From NCBI GenBank assembly GCA_052426225.1, contig JBNJNM010000009.1:434001-498000 (forward strand): a stretch of 64,000 nt of DNA. Direction: 5' to 3'. The first letter of the stretch is position 1; every line of letters begins with the position of its first letter. Positions 34,976 to 48,236 of the stretch are shown here, piece after piece. Source of the DNA: Zancudomyces culisetae HAW-14-8 (Eukaryota > Fungi > Kickxellomycota). The notes below the pieces were generated by a model, which was given only the letters and a program-made list of their open reading frames with translations, made no database searches and was not told where the DNA came from. The position numbers were made by a program, and so were the translations under genes.

Positions 34976-36959
34976 TTTATCTTTATTTTTTGCGTAGTCG
35001 ATATTTTACTCGTGTAGTCTAAAAAACAAAAGTGAGCAAATGCTTTTACTTTTCGAAAATATATGAGGGTGTAAAGGGTGTTACAGTTTATGTACTTTTC
35101 TATAAAAAAAGAAACGGAACCTTGAATCATCATGTTCCGACGTATTTATATAGCGCATTGCATAAGCTAGAGGGGGAGAGTGGTGTCTAGGTACATGCTA
35201 CTTTAACGCACAAACTATATGGATATAGTTCTCATTCGTATTATCTAACCTTTCACAGAAAAAGTATGCTATTCGAGCAACACTTGCATGATATTAAAAC
35301 ACATTTTTTTAGCATACAGCGATCAAAAACGCGGCAGTTTTTAATCTGCATAATTTGCCCAGCTTCTTAAGAATGGGAAAAAAATGATAAATGAGGCTTA
35401 ATGGAGCTTGATGATAATGAACGGCTCAATGGGTAAGGTTTTGAATTTTGAAAAATAAAATTCGAGACTATAGAAGCTTTAACATTTAATTTAAATGTGA
35501 GGCTAAATAAATGAGACAATCGTTATTTAATTGAATTGAATATGCAAAAGTAAACTAGGGAAAGTTAGTACTTATTTGCAAATGCTAATAGAGTTTGCAA
35601 ATTTAAACGACTCTGTAAAAGTGGACACATAAAAGAGAGAATAAACTCGACAATCAGAATGAAATACGCATTATACACCGAACAGAAGCGACTCTACATT
35701 ACAAGACTGTATTTCCTCATCCAGCTTTTCTATAACTGGTTTTGGTTTTGAGAGTATATCCAACAATATAGAAAGCTCATGGCATAGGAGTTGGTGATAA
35801 TGGCGATGAATCGCTACCAAACTAACGTTTTCTCAAATAAAATTCTCTATTATAGTACAAAATCTCGAGATTTTGTGGTTAATTATATTCTTCTTTATTA
35901 ATCATGTTCTAGTAAAATACGCATAGTTGAAATATTTACTATTTCATTTCCTGTTTTGACAGTCGAGACCACTTTAATCCAATAGTAGGGAATATGTAGA
36001 TCAAAATGTGAGAAGACTAGACCAACTTTTATCTCCCAGTTCTAGCAATCCGGACCAGAACAATGTGTTGCTCCTAAAACAATGAATGTGTTTATTCTAG
36101 CACCAAGGTTCTATACTCCTTCGCAGACAAGGGCAAAAATAAAAGAACACTCAGCTGCTATGCCAAGTTATGCGATTTTGTAGTATCATTACAGAACTAT
36201 GCCACATCACCTCTTTTTTTTGATGGGAGAATAATAATATAAAAAAATAATAGTGTTTATAGAGGGCAAAGCACAATTATCAACAGATAATTGCACACTA
36301 CTATCGTAGTTGTATTAGTGTGTCATCAAGTATATCTGGTTTCCATTCATGTAATACTTATTCATATATTGTAATGAAGAATGGTTTCTCAGACCAATTT
36401 TTTTATTATTATTATCAACTAAAGCTCAGACATCTTTTAGATACTCTTTACAAGGGACATACTTGGGCAAAAAAGTGTAGTTATTATGTCCACGGGATAT
36501 ATAGCCAAAATCGTGATTTAATACCAGGTTATCAGAATATTGATCCACATCCCCGTTAATTTGAGGATGGGTATTACGTAACTAATGAGCAACTAGTGCA
36601 TTACAAGCTGTATTATTTTTTTGTTTGACTGTTTTCCTATGTTTTTAGCATGTAACAAAAGCACAGGACAAGATTCAGTCCAGATAGCGGATTGATATGA
36701 AAAGAGAAGTTTGATTCATAGTTTTATGCCTAATCCTGACCCCCAAAAAATAAATACTGCAAAAAATAAAATAAAAAAAGTTTAGCTGGTAAGAATCAAA
36801 CTAGCTAAAAAGAGGAGGCGCAAAGTCAGAACTACACTAAAGATCGACTTTCCTGACTCTGAAAGCATCCTTATACTGCATTTATTTTGATTTAATAAAA
36901 AAAACTGATTAATTGAAAAGAATAAAAAGCGTAACGACGTCACAAAATAGTAAGATAAA

Positions 36960-38186
36960 ATGATAGCGCAGAATGAAAAAAAGCAGGAAAAGGAGAGGGT
37001 CAGAGTGGGGTATTTAGGCCCAAAGGGCACATTTACGTATGAAGCAGCCCTCAAATATTTTGAAGATGTAACACAGAGCAAAAGGATCAGGGCAATAAAT
37101 GATGATACTCAGGTATCAGCCGAATATGTGGCGATCGATACAATCAGCCAAGTCTTTAGAGAATTAGAAAGTGGAAATCTGAAATACGGAGTAGTTCCTA
37201 TCGAAAACAAACTGAAGGGATTAGTGGCAGAGACTTTTAAAGAACTTGTTGGTGCTGGGAAAGACCAAGAGAAAGATAGAATAAAGGTGATTGGGATGAT
37301 CAAGATTGAAATAAGGCAAGCGTTAATGTCGATCCATAAACTGGAGGATATAGAAGTGGTATATTCACACGAAATGGCAATCAAGCAGAGTATGAAGTAT
37401 ATTAAGGAGCGATTGGGAAAGCATGTAAAGATTATCCAGGTGGAGAGCACAGGAAAGGGGGCCGAATTAGCAGCATCCAAAGGGCAAACGAATGAACAGA
37501 CCTTTACTGATGACTCTATGGGAAGTGGCAATAATGATAGTGTCGATGAAAGCAACAACCCACATACTATCAAGGCGGCATGTATTGGCAACAAAACATG
37601 TAGTCAATTATATAAAATGAACATTATAGATCCAGATATCTCTGATGAAAAAGAAAACGAGACTAAGTTTTACATCTTGAGCGGTATTGCAGGTGCAAAG
37701 GGTGGAATGGATATGATAGATATATTAAAAATAGAAGGAGAGGCAGAGGGTGGGGAGGATGATAACATGTGTGACTTTGATAGTGGCTTTGAGGGTGATT
37801 ATGATGTTAAGAAGTCTGTCAATTCTAAAATCAGACATATGCTTGGAAACGTGGAAATAATAAAAGTATACTCACTCGAAGGGCACCAAGAGTTGGGTAA
37901 ACTCATAAAAGAAAATAACAGTTGCAATTCCAAAACAGATAGCTACGAGAAAAAAGATGTAAATAGAGAATATATTGTAGAAGTAATGAAGTTGGCTAGC
38001 AGCAACAGTAATGGTGACATCAGTACAAATGGCACTAGGCTAGAGCATACTAACAGCGACGGTGAATTTAAATTAGAGGGTAACAAAAAAAGAAAACTAG
38101 AGACGAAAATAGAGTCTGTAAAGGGAAAGAACTATAAAATAGAAACGCTAGGCGGTTACAATGTTATTGATGGTATAGAACAATAA
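36960..38186 (+). CDS. PHA2: Prephenate dehydratase (divergent)
   Basis: VGYLGPKGTFTYEAA, GVVPIEN, VYSH, ST, NETKFYIL, C-terminal LGGY. Confidence 0.8.
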   Translation: MIAQNEKKQEKERVRVGYLGPKGTFTYEAALKYFEDVTQSKRIRAINDDTQVSAEYVAIDTISQVFRELESGNLKYGVVPIENKLKGLVAETFKELVGAGKDQEKDRIKVIGMIKIEIRQALMSIHKLEDIEVVYSHEMAIKQSMKYIKERLGKHVKIIQVESTGKGAELAASKGQTNEQTFTDDSMGSGNNDSVDESNNPHTIKAACIGNKTCSQLYKMNIIDPDISDEKENETKFYILSGIAGAKGGMDMIDILKIEGEAEGGEDDNMCDFDSGFEGDYDVKKSVNSKIRHMLGNVEIIKVYSLEGHQELGKLIKENNSCNSKTDSYEKKDVNREYIVEVMKLASSNSNGDISTNGTRLEHTNSDGEFKLEGNKKRKLETKIESVKGKNYKIETLGGYNVIDGIEQ

Positions 38187-38189
38187 AAA

Positions 38190-38190
38190 T

Positions 38191-38236
<46 letters not shown>
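38190..38236. repeat. (TG)n microsatellite in the short gap between convergent PHA2 and YSH1
   Basis: About 20 perfect TG units. Confidence 0.95.
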
Positions 38237-38239
<3 letters not shown>

Positions 38240-38261
38240 TTTTTCTTTTTTCTTTTCTTTC

Positions 38262-40783
38262 TCAAATTAATGGTTTTAGTGTTCTGGAAAAGCGGGACGT
38301 GATTGATTGTAGTCTTCTCTTGAAAGATTCGCTTGAAGAGTTTGTAATATCCTAATATTGGTACATTATTAATTTAGAGCATTTTTTTAAATGATTAATA
38401 TAAATAAATCAAGAAAAATGAAAAAAAAAAATTTTAAAAAAAAGATGCTTACCAAAGTTGAGAGATCTAGGGTGGCATGGTTAGAGTTGTCCAGTTTAAT
38501 ATTGAGTTTGTTGTCTTGGGTCTTTTCGACGGATGAGAATTGAAGTTCGAGGAAATCTATAAAGGTTTTTAGAGAAGTGGTCTTATCCGACCTATCAACG
38601 AACAAGGATCTGAACTGCGCTTGGCTTTCAATGGTAGGTTCATCAGAATTGCTGAGTGTGGTTTCATTTTCATTTGAGTTTCCGGCTGGAGATTTAATTT
38701 CGGCTTTAATATGGCTCTTATTCTCATTTTCGTTCTCGTTTTCATTTTTAGTATCGTTGCCCATTTCACCTGACTCTGGTTTTGTAGTTGAATGTGAGTG
38801 TGAGTGTGAATGACCACAACCACTAGATTCAGCACAAGATATCTTTACACTAGCAGGAGAGGATTCAAAGTTATATAGAATAGATAGGATCGAGTCAGCA
38901 ATCATGTCAGATAGTGTTGAACACGACCATTTTAGGTGAATTCTAGACTTTTGAGCTTCAAAACGTAACTCCACAAGCCCATAGACCTGGTAATGGTCCT
39001 TAAACAGCTGCTTTATGTCACCAAACATCGATAATAGATGAAAATACAGTAGACTGAAATTGGCATGGAAATTGATGGATAAATTCTGAGTAATAGGAAC
39101 GACAGATAAATTAGAGTATTGAGGAAGTTCGTCTTGGGTAACCATTGTGTATGGGTAGGTTAGCAATGGATTGTGCAGCAATATGGCATCCACCAGTGAA
39201 CCAGGCTTTGGCGGTCCGAGTGTTGCAAGACTGCCAACAACACGGGCCATACGCTCACCCTTGAAGTGTAGAGTGACAGGCTCAGTGTTTTTGGGATTGA
39301 AAATAGACATGAGTGAATGTTTAGTGACGAGGGCAGCCTTGAGGCGTGCCATGGTATTTTGTTCACCGTGTACCAATACAAGATTAGATGGATTAATCAG
39401 CGCTATAAACTGTGAGTTTTGAGTGTAGTCTACATGAGCCGAAAATGAAATATAGCTAACACTCATCCGGCGCTTGACTTTGACACCTTGCAGCGTTGTA
39501 ACCTCGTCAGGCTCGTTCATAATAGTACGAGCTAGTGTACCTTCAACCGAATATCCCGTCAACACAAGTCCGTTTTTTCGATCAGTGACCCACTTGTCAA
39601 ACAGCTCGCGACTAAGTCCGCTTTGCAACATTCCTGGTGATGCCAGCATTACACACGGTCCGCCATCTTCAAAGTGTGCCAAACTCTTAAGATTGGTAAT
39701 GTGTCGAAACTCAAACGGATTGCTAGTTTGAAATCGCTTTTGGATACTTTTGTTCATCATGTATATGTATGTTTGATAAACCAACAAACACCTCTTGGCT
39801 AGCGTTGATGCAAAGTACACTGGAACCCGCCCCAATTCTCGATGTTTGCCCCAATACTCATCTAGAATCAACAGTAGTTCTTGTGTCCGTCCCAATGCAA
39901 ATACTGGCATCAAACACCTTCCACCTCGTCCTACTACTTCTCGCACTTGTCCTGTCAGACGGTTCTCTCTCTCTTCTCGTCCTTCATAACTTTGCACTCC
40001 ATATGTACTCTCTGTTATCATGATATCGATTTTTTGTTTTGGATCCTCTGCTGCCATCAAATGTCGATCCTCTTCACGACTGTAATCTCCTGTATACAAT
40101 ATCTTGACACCTGCTATTTCCACCACAAACATTGCCGCTCCCAACACGTGTCCTGCATTGTATCCCGTAAATTTTATTCCCTCTACTTCCACCGTTTCAT
40201 GATAGTCAACCACTTCTATTTTTTCGTATGCTCGTAACATATCCTCTTCGTTATATAAGGCCTCTTCTGCTCCTCCAAAATTGTTACTATTTTATTTGTT
40301 TTTATTAATTAGCTTATTTTTAGCCTTTGCTATCAAAAATACACAAACCAATCCCATACAGACACACAAGAAATGTGTTAATATAAAGAAATTGCCCTTT
40401 TACCTGACTTTTACATAATCCCAGAGTAACCACCTGAATATCGCCTTTGTTGCGTGCGTCATAAACGTACGTCCATTAAATGTTGTCTTTTCCAACAGGT
40501 ATGGTACTGCGGCTGCATGATCCACATGGAAGTGCGTAACCAGCACCAAATCTATTTTGCTAACATCGATTTCATCCAAAAACGGCAAACTAGCCACCCC
40601 ATCGAAACCCGGATGCAGCCCACAATCTAGCATTACCGTTTTGTTTTTATATTCAATTACTATACATGATCGCCCCACCTCCTGTCCTGCTCCTAGCGGA
40701 GTAATCTTTAGCATATCACCAACATCATCACCAATCACTTGGATTCTTGGTCGCTTTCTATATGGTCCGCTATTGCTCTTCAT
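38262..40783 (-). CDS. YSH1: mRNA 3'-end processing endonuclease YSH1/CPSF73, 3 exons (40783-40404, 40286-38453, 38351-38262)
   Basis: [50 protein letters not shown]; GT-AG introns join in frame; last exon [15 protein letters not shown]...KPLI*. Confidence 0.95.
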
Positions 40784-41316
40784 TTTCTCTGTTTTTTCCC
40801 CTACTATCTCATCTATCTATGGCTATTTCTGTTGGTCTTTTCTGTGTTGTATCTATTAATTTATTGATTCGTTATTTTATTTGAATGCAAGAGTATAGAT
40901 CAGTTTGCACCAAGTATTATGAAAAAAAAAATTAGGGATGTTTTAAACAGTTGCGAGAACTGTAAAAGAAATTCCAATAAACTTCTGGTATAAAAATCGA
41001 TTCCCGCAGTTTTTTCACCAGTCAATTAATTAAACCAATGAAACCAAATCGAGCTTGAACATTTTAAACACTTATAAATTCATTTTTCAGGTTACTATTA
41101 CACGTTGTAAAGGAAATATAAAAAAAGATATCTGACAGCAATACTCAAAAGGTTAAAATTTCAAATAAAATACTAGTTCAACAAAGTTAGTTAAACTCAA
41201 AAATAAAAATAACATCGAGGTCAGTGGTGGCATACAGGAGTAAGAAATGGAGGAATAGGAGAAAGAGAGGAAGAAGGGGAGGGGGAAGTGGGAGGGAGGA
41301 GCCGAGAAATACAATA

Positions 41317-42192
41317 CTATTCCACAACTGAATCCATCAGTAAATCTATTTCCAGTTGAATTCTTTCTTCCTTCTCCTTTATTTGCCTTGCCTTTGTTTC
41401 TAGCTCCTTGATACTATCTAGAACCACCAGTATTTTGGTTTCCAATACTTTGGATTTTTTGAGGTAGAATTCGTTCATTGCCTCTTTATTTATCTTGCGT
41501 TTCTTAGTCCTTTCTTTGTCTTTGTGGCCTGTACTAGCCTCATTGCCGTTGCAAACAGGGATCTTTACAATATTATCTTGTTGCTGATGTAAATCCTCGT
41601 GTTGTTGTTGTTGTTGTGGCTGGCTTTGGGATCTGGCTCTGGTTTTTGGTGTGTTTTGACTTTGAATTTCTTGCTCGTTTTTCGTGTCTTTATTATCAAG
41701 ATCTTCTTTGTTAAGATTATTATCATTGTCGCTTCCATTCGTTAATTTGATTTTCTGAACAACATTTTTATTCATGCTGTCATTTGTGTCTCGCTCGCTT
41801 TCAGGTTTTGAATTTTGCTCGTTGTCTTCAGCCTCTTCTTCAATATCGACATCAATATCAGCATTGTCTTCTTGTTCCCCACTATTATCAGCCGCCTTCT
41901 CATTCACAACTTGTAGATCTTCTGACGAAAAGGATGTGTTGAAATGATTGATGAGATGCTCGAGAATCTGTTCGTCTGTTACATCCGTGGCAAAAACCCG
42001 TTGGCAATCCTGCCATTTGCATTTTTGATTTGGGCTATTCTTTTGCTCTTCATTATCCTCATCCTTAATTGTGGTTTCCCCAAGCGGTAAAAATTCCCGG
42101 ACATGTTCATACAGGTGCTCGCGCTCCTTTTCCTTTTGTATTTTCAAATTGCATTTATCCCATTTACAACTGCTTATTTTATCGATTGACAT
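41317..42192 (-). CDS. Protein with two CxWxxC...H zinc-finger-like motifs, acidic linker and C-terminal coiled coil
   Basis: CKWDKC...HLYEH and CKWQDC...HLINH; basic RTKKRK; heptad-rich tail. Confidence 0.75.
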   Translation of the reverse strand: MSIDKISSCKWDKCNLKIQKEKEREHLYEHVREFLPLGETTIKDEDNEEQKNSPNQKCKWQDCQRVFATDVTDEQILEHLINHFNTSFSSEDLQVVNEKAADNSGEQEDNADIDVDIEEEAEDNEQNSKPESERDTNDSMNKNVVQKIKLTNGSDNDNNLNKEDLDNKDTKNEQEIQSQNTPKTRARSQSQPQQQQQHEDLHQQQDNIVKIPVCNGNEASTGHKDKERTKKRKINKEAMNEFYLKKSKVLETKILVVLDSIKELETKARQIKEKEERIQLEIDLLMDSVVE

Positions 42193-45100
42193 TTTTTTAA
42201 ATTTTGTTTGGGTATGTAGATAGGGTGTCGTAACTTTCGGTATATTTCTTTACAATGTGTGATTGTTAATTTATGATTAGCTGAATATTTTGAGAATTTT
42301 CGAATTGCTCATCTTGCAAAGTTTCTATTTTCAATATACTTTAAAGTACATAATAGGAGCAAATTCTGTTATTCGTTCCGTTTTTTTTTGTGGATGAGCA
42401 ATTTTTTATTTGCTATTTTGTAATGGAAAATAAAAATATGATACTATTGGGTTAATGTAATGTTAATTAGCTGAATGTATACATTTTTTTGTTACTAGTG
42501 TGATTGAATTTCAGAATTAGATCACCTTGCATTTCAGTTTAGGTCTTGGTGCAATATTGAAAAGTAATGATTTACGAAGGAATGCAATACTACCAGAGGC
42601 TAAACCTTTAGAGTTGGAAGTATGACGCTGTATTGACAACTATACCAACAGATCGTCTGGGAAAAACTAGGTGTACAATGATGTTATGTTTCTAGGTTTT
42701 CTTGCTTCTCAACAGCTGGTAAAAATATAAACGAGTGTATACTAGGTATAAACAAGGCATTACGACCCGCACTAGTATATATTCCCTAATAGCTCGTTGG
42801 GATGTTGGTTGGCAGTGGTAGTGTGTGGTAGTGATTTTTCACACACAGGGAATTATGTATCAACACATCTACCTATAAACGTGTAAAGCAAGTAAAGAGC
42901 ATTCTATTGGCTCTCAAAAGGGAGAATGAAAAGTGGGTTAGCTATACATAAAGATGAACATGTGTGATTGTGTCTGTATATATAGCTATTAGTTACAGGT
43001 GGCATATCCTGTATAGAGTTACGGGGATATATTCCCGCACCACATCAGACTCAATTTTCTCAGCGCTTTTAGCCGGTCTATTTAAATATTAGTTTGAGGA
43101 AAAGATGGAATATAGGGTCTAAATAAAGGTCAATCCATTTTTGATAGCGCCTGAAAGTTGCACACATGGAAGGATAGTTTGGGTTTAAGGTCATTATTTT
43201 ATTTTTTGCTGCAAGGAGTTGTGGATGAAACAGAAGCTAAAATAAAAGTACAGAAAAAAAAACAAAACTAGGCAATGAAAGCTTGGTGCTTTCAAATATT
43301 TTCACGATCCAAAGCCAAAATAAGAGATACCCAAACTGGACATTAATTAGGAGAAAAGAGTAGTGCAAAAATAAGTTATAAACAAAACGCGCAAAACAAT
43401 TCCAATATTTATATTTTGAACGCTTTCCCACTTTGGGTGTGAAATGAAAAGTAATCAGGAAAAAAAAATAGACTGGATTCTTTTGGAATGAAAAGTATTG
43501 ATGTTTAGGTTATCTGCCCTATTTATTTTCGAGTTTTGTTTTCAGCTGAGAGCATGAATAGTATCAAAAAAGAAAAAACAATAGTAAAAAAAACAAAAGT
43601 ACACAATCATATTTAGAAAACTCAAATAGAATTTATCTTGTTACATCTAAAGGCAAGGTTAAGCTGGCAATCTCAAATGAATAAATGTAGATTATAATTG
43701 AAAGCAGTAATTAAAAGTCAGATAAACAACAAAAAAATAAAAGTAACAAATGGGCACCAGGAACTTGTTTGAAAAAAAAAATCCGCTGTTATTTGAGGGC
43801 TAAACTTTTTTAAGAACATCAAGTGAGGGTGCGAAAAAAAAAAGTGTTGAAATTACCTGAAATCCTAATGAGCAAAATTGCTTTTGAATAAAACAGAAAA
43901 ATGGAATAAACATAAATCATAACATATTGATTGTTTTAAAGGGTTGTAGTGTTGGGCCTAATTTTGAAATTGCAACATGTTAATGCCAATTCATTTGCCA
44001 GCTTTATTATTAAATTCTATAAAAAAATTTTGAATGTATAATCGGTGATATAGCAGCAATTGCAAACATCAATGATTCATGTAAATAACAAGCGAAAAAT
44101 AGCAAAGACAAATAGGCGATGGCAAACACAATATCAAACAACCGAAATAGTTGCTTTCGAGAAGGTAAATAAAGAAATAAATAAATAAGCGGAAAATAAA
44201 AGTGAATATAAACAAGACAAGTACAATCATATACAGTCTTAATGGCTTAGATACTAAGGTAATAGGAAAAGCGTGTGAGAGCAAGAAAAAAAAAATTAAT
44301 AGAAAATTAAAAACTAAATAAACAAAGAGCCATACAGAAATCACAAAATTACAGACCAACACGCAAATACAAAAAAAAAAGTCAAATAAAATACTATAGG
44401 CTTTGTTTTATTTACTTTTTTGCCATTACAGAAATAAGATTTCTTATGGCCTTTCAATACATCAATGTTGTTTGATAGGTTAGATTTGTATTTTGTAAAG
44501 GTAGTTAAATGTTATGTGTGTAACAAGTAGTTAATAAAAAAAAAACAAAAACCATTTAAAAATAAAAACTATACAAGTGGGTTTTGTGATACATGGCTTT
44601 TACATTTTAGAATCTGGTATATAAAAAACTATAACAAGCGCTTCTTAACTCTCTAGGAATAAGTACGCTTAAGCTATGAAATAATATATAATTACACAAA
44701 AAACAATATATAGTAAACCAAAAAAAGAGAGTTAATATCCATAGTATAGCTAATATTAGAGACATAGAGTGATATTCAAAATAATTTAAGTAGAACTTCA
44801 GTTATTTTCGTTGCTATCCAAAAAGAACAAATGCAAATAGTTGATACCAAATAAGTGGATTATATAGTATTACCAGGACCGACAAAGTAAACGACATTGT
44901 AACGTGAATATAGAACCTGATATTGGACCAAAGATACCGCAATTTTACGCCTACAAGCCCAACACATTATCGGACATCTTGGAAAAAACACAACTGTGTA
45001 CACACTTATCTAACGCTGACTGTAGATATCCACCGAGTTTTAAAGACAGCGAGGACAGACAGAGAAATAGCTGTAGAATAATATAATATACTAACTTATA

Positions 45101-45352
45101 ACAATAATCTGGTAACGGCAATACACAGTATTAACGATACTATTTAAACATCCACACATTGTAAGTTGTAAACAAACGAAACTAAGTTTTCTAGGCTATA
45201 AGAATGTTTAATAACTTTCCAATCTAAAATCAGTTGTAACTATAATATTAGGAATAGGAATAGGATCTAAAGTATAGTTAGATATAATAAACTGTTTCGT
45301 ACGACCTGAACTTGAAAAACTATAACAAGAAAAAGAAAAGAAAAGTCAAAAA

Positions 45353-47449
45353 ATGTATCAAAATAGAGGAATTGGATTAGCAAATAGAAATAGAATCGGC
45401 ATTAGACAGGCAGCCGCTACAGATGAAAACATAACTCACAAGGCCATTCTGACTAGAGCCCAGGCAGTCAAGGATTTGGCAAAATCAAATGTACCCGGTG
45501 TAAACGAAAACCTCAAAGCCGTTGCTAATAAGACACGGTCCTCGCAAGTATCCAACCAACTCCGAACCAAAAGCAACAGCTTTAACAATGGAGCAGAGCT
45601 AAAACAAAAACCGCTGCAACTTGATACCAAACAAACTAAAATCAAAGCTGTAACAAATACAAAACAGTATAGAGCTGTGAGAGCTGTGAGAGGTGGCCCC
45701 GGAGCTGGTATAACTAGGACTGGAAGTGAAATAAACACCACTGCTCCACGTGCAGGAATAGTGGCAGCCGAACTTAAAGAAAAGAGCGTATCTGATCTTC
45801 ATGCTTCACATGCAACACGCATTAACGATAAAAAAATAGTTGAGGTAGAAATATCAAAGGTTAAAGAAAGCAATGCAACTGGATTCAAGCCTCAGGCACG
45901 CCGTAATGTCTCAAACATTGTACAGGATATAGAAATAAAAACTTCCACACGTACCGCAGTGGAAAACAGAAAGATTGCAAAGCCAGCATCTATATACGCA
46001 AGACGGCGGGTCCACCTTGCACAAAGTGCATCCAGTGATGGAGCCAACGCTAGCGAAGATATTATAATAGAACCATCTAGACAGAGCACAGCTATTAGAA
46101 GGACTCATAGTGACAGCCATGGAGCGATTGTAAAAGCTGCAGAGGGCACAAGTAGCGTCTTTACTAGAGTAAGGGAAATCGAAAAGCGTAGTGTAGATGA
46201 TTTAAGGAGCATGCAAGAGGAATATGCAGACATACCAGAAATTCCAAACGAGCCAGAGAGTAGAAGCGTCAAGAAAAGCAACTCGGGAAGGCCAGAGAAT
46301 GAGGAGGCCAAGCCCATTGCTGAAGCAACATGTACTAAAACCGTGGTTGAGAGCGTAATGGAAGTAGATGAAGAACAAGAAAAAACACGCTTTAGTGACT
46401 ATGATGATGAACTACAAGATAGACAATTGGTGGTTCTAGAAAGTGACGACGAGTTTGTTCAGGTAATACAAGGTCCTAAGCCTGCCAGCCCCCAGAAAAA
46501 CGAGGATGAGGAGATTATAGCACTGAATCCTTTAATCCAGTACACACTAAAGCACACCGGACTTAAAAATGAGAAACCAATAACATTGGAGGAGATCAAG
46601 GCATTTGAGTCTGATGTGGACGAGTTTGACACTACTTTAGTTCCAGCATTCGCTGATGATATTTTTATGTACATGAAAGAGCTGGAAAACAAAATGCTTC
46701 CTGATTCGGACTATATGGATCACCAGACTGAACTCACCTGGGGAATGCGTGCAATCCTGGTCGATTGGCTTGTTCAAGTACACGCCAAGTTTAGGTTGGC
46801 AAACGAGACACTCTTTTTGACCATTAATATCATGGATAGATTTCTGTCTACCCGAGCCATTCCCTCCGAAAAAGTACAACTAGTTGGCGTTGTATCTCTG
46901 CTGATAGCTTCAAAATATGAAGAAATACAGGTTCCTTCTGTCTCAGAGATTGCCTACATGACCGACAATACCTATACCAATGAAGAAATCCTAAAAGCCG
47001 AGCGGTTTATTTTGAAAATACTAGACTTTGAGCTTGGATGGCCTGGTCCGATGTCATACCTAAGACGTGTTTCCAAGGCTGACGACTATGATATCCCAAT
47101 AAGAACTCTTTCAAAGTATCTGCTTGAGGTAACGCTGATGGACAAACACTTTATTGATGTTCCATGTTCCAAAGTCAGCGCTTTGAGTTACTACATTGCC
47201 CTAAAAATGTTGAACCGAGGCTCGTGGGGTCGGATGCATGCCTTTTATTCTGGCTACTTTGAATCTGAGCTTCTACCACTGGTTCCCAAGATGGTTGATA
47301 TGCTCTTGGAACCCAAATCTCATTCTGCTATCTATGACAAGTATGCCGACCGCAAATACATGCGTGCTTCAGAGTTTGTCACTCAGTGGTTCAAAAAGAA
47401 CAAATATAGAACCTTGTTTGAGCCCACTGAGAAAGATCTGACCCAGTGA
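45353..47449 (+). CDS. G2/M B-type cyclin (Clb3/4-like)
   Basis: MRAILVDWLVQVH, LIASKYEE, AERFIL, WPGPMSYLRRVSKADDYD. Confidence 0.93.
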   Translation: MYQNRGIGLANRNRIGIRQAAATDENITHKAILTRAQAVKDLAKSNVPGVNENLKAVANKTRSSQVSNQLRTKSNSFNNGAELKQKPLQLDTKQTKIKAVTNTKQYRAVRAVRGGPGAGITRTGSEINTTAPRAGIVAAELKEKSVSDLHASHATRINDKKIVEVEISKVKESNATGFKPQARRNVSNIVQDIEIKTSTRTAVENRKIAKPASIYARRRVHLAQSASSDGANASEDIIIEPSRQSTAIRRTHSDSHGAIVKAAEGTSSVFTRVREIEKRSVDDLRSMQEEYADIPEIPNEPESRSVKKSNSGRPENEEAKPIAEATCTKTVVESVMEVDEEQEKTRFSDYDDELQDRQLVVLESDDEFVQVIQGPKPASPQKNEDEEIIALNPLIQYTLKHTGLKNEKPITLEEIKAFESDVDEFDTTLVPAFADDIFMYMKELENKMLPDSDYMDHQTELTWGMRAILVDWLVQVHAKFRLANETLFLTINIMDRFLSTRAIPSEKVQLVGVVSLLIASKYEEIQVPSVSEIAYMTDNTYTNEEILKAERFILKILDFELGWPGPMSYLRRVSKADDYDIPIRTLSKYLLEVTLMDKHFIDVPCSKVSALSYYIALKMLNRGSWGRMHAFYSGYFESELLPLVPKMVDMLLEPKSHSAIYDKYADRKYMRASEFVTQWFKKNKYRTLFEPTEKDLTQ

Positions 47450-48236
47450 GCACTTGTAGCTTGCAAGTCAGGTCTCAGCTATGTGTTATTTACACGGACC
47501 TGTTTTAACAGATTTTGGTCGCGTGTTTGTAGTATTTCTACCCTTGTTTCTCTAATTTTTATTGATACTCTATTTTTTATTACTATGCTTTCTATTCACC
47601 AGAATATATATTGCTTAAGTGTTCACATCAGTCTATGTCAAGTAGTTGCGATCAAAACTTTGAGTAAAAATAAGCAGCATCCAAATACTCTAACGAGCAA
47701 GAAGAATGTCTTGTATGGCAATATATCCACACCCTTGGAACAGAATCTTTTAATATTTTTTGGCTTTTGATACTGTCTCCAGCTTGAACAAATCAAGTTG
47801 CTATCTTGCCCTGAGTTGGTTTCCTACACCATATTGAATTACATGGCCCGATGTTTAGGGGGGATGATTAAATTGTTATCATGTTTCCTCTTAGATAAAA
47901 AAAAACAATACTTACTATGAAACAACTTGAAAAAAAAACTGTAATGGTGAGCCCAAAATCCACCGATTTATGGCTATTTGATTGGCCAATGATTCGATCA
48001 GCAAGGCCAGTTCAATCACCAATAACGTATGATTTTTCAGCTTTAATTTTTGGTTGAGATCAACTCCAATGATAACAGATATAAACGGCACCTACCACCT
48101 TACACTGGTCTTTCCAAGAAACGAAATAAAAACCTAATATAAGTTCACGTATATTATGAAATTCTTACCTGCAAGAAAATACCTATTTAACGACTACCAA
48201 CTCTATCGAAATTCAACCAAAAACTAGGAAATTAAC

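Noticed and set aside
38387-38452. Hydrophobic C-terminal tail on YSH1 in the ORF track
   Set aside because: Read-through into intron 38452-38352; the true last exon is 38351-38262
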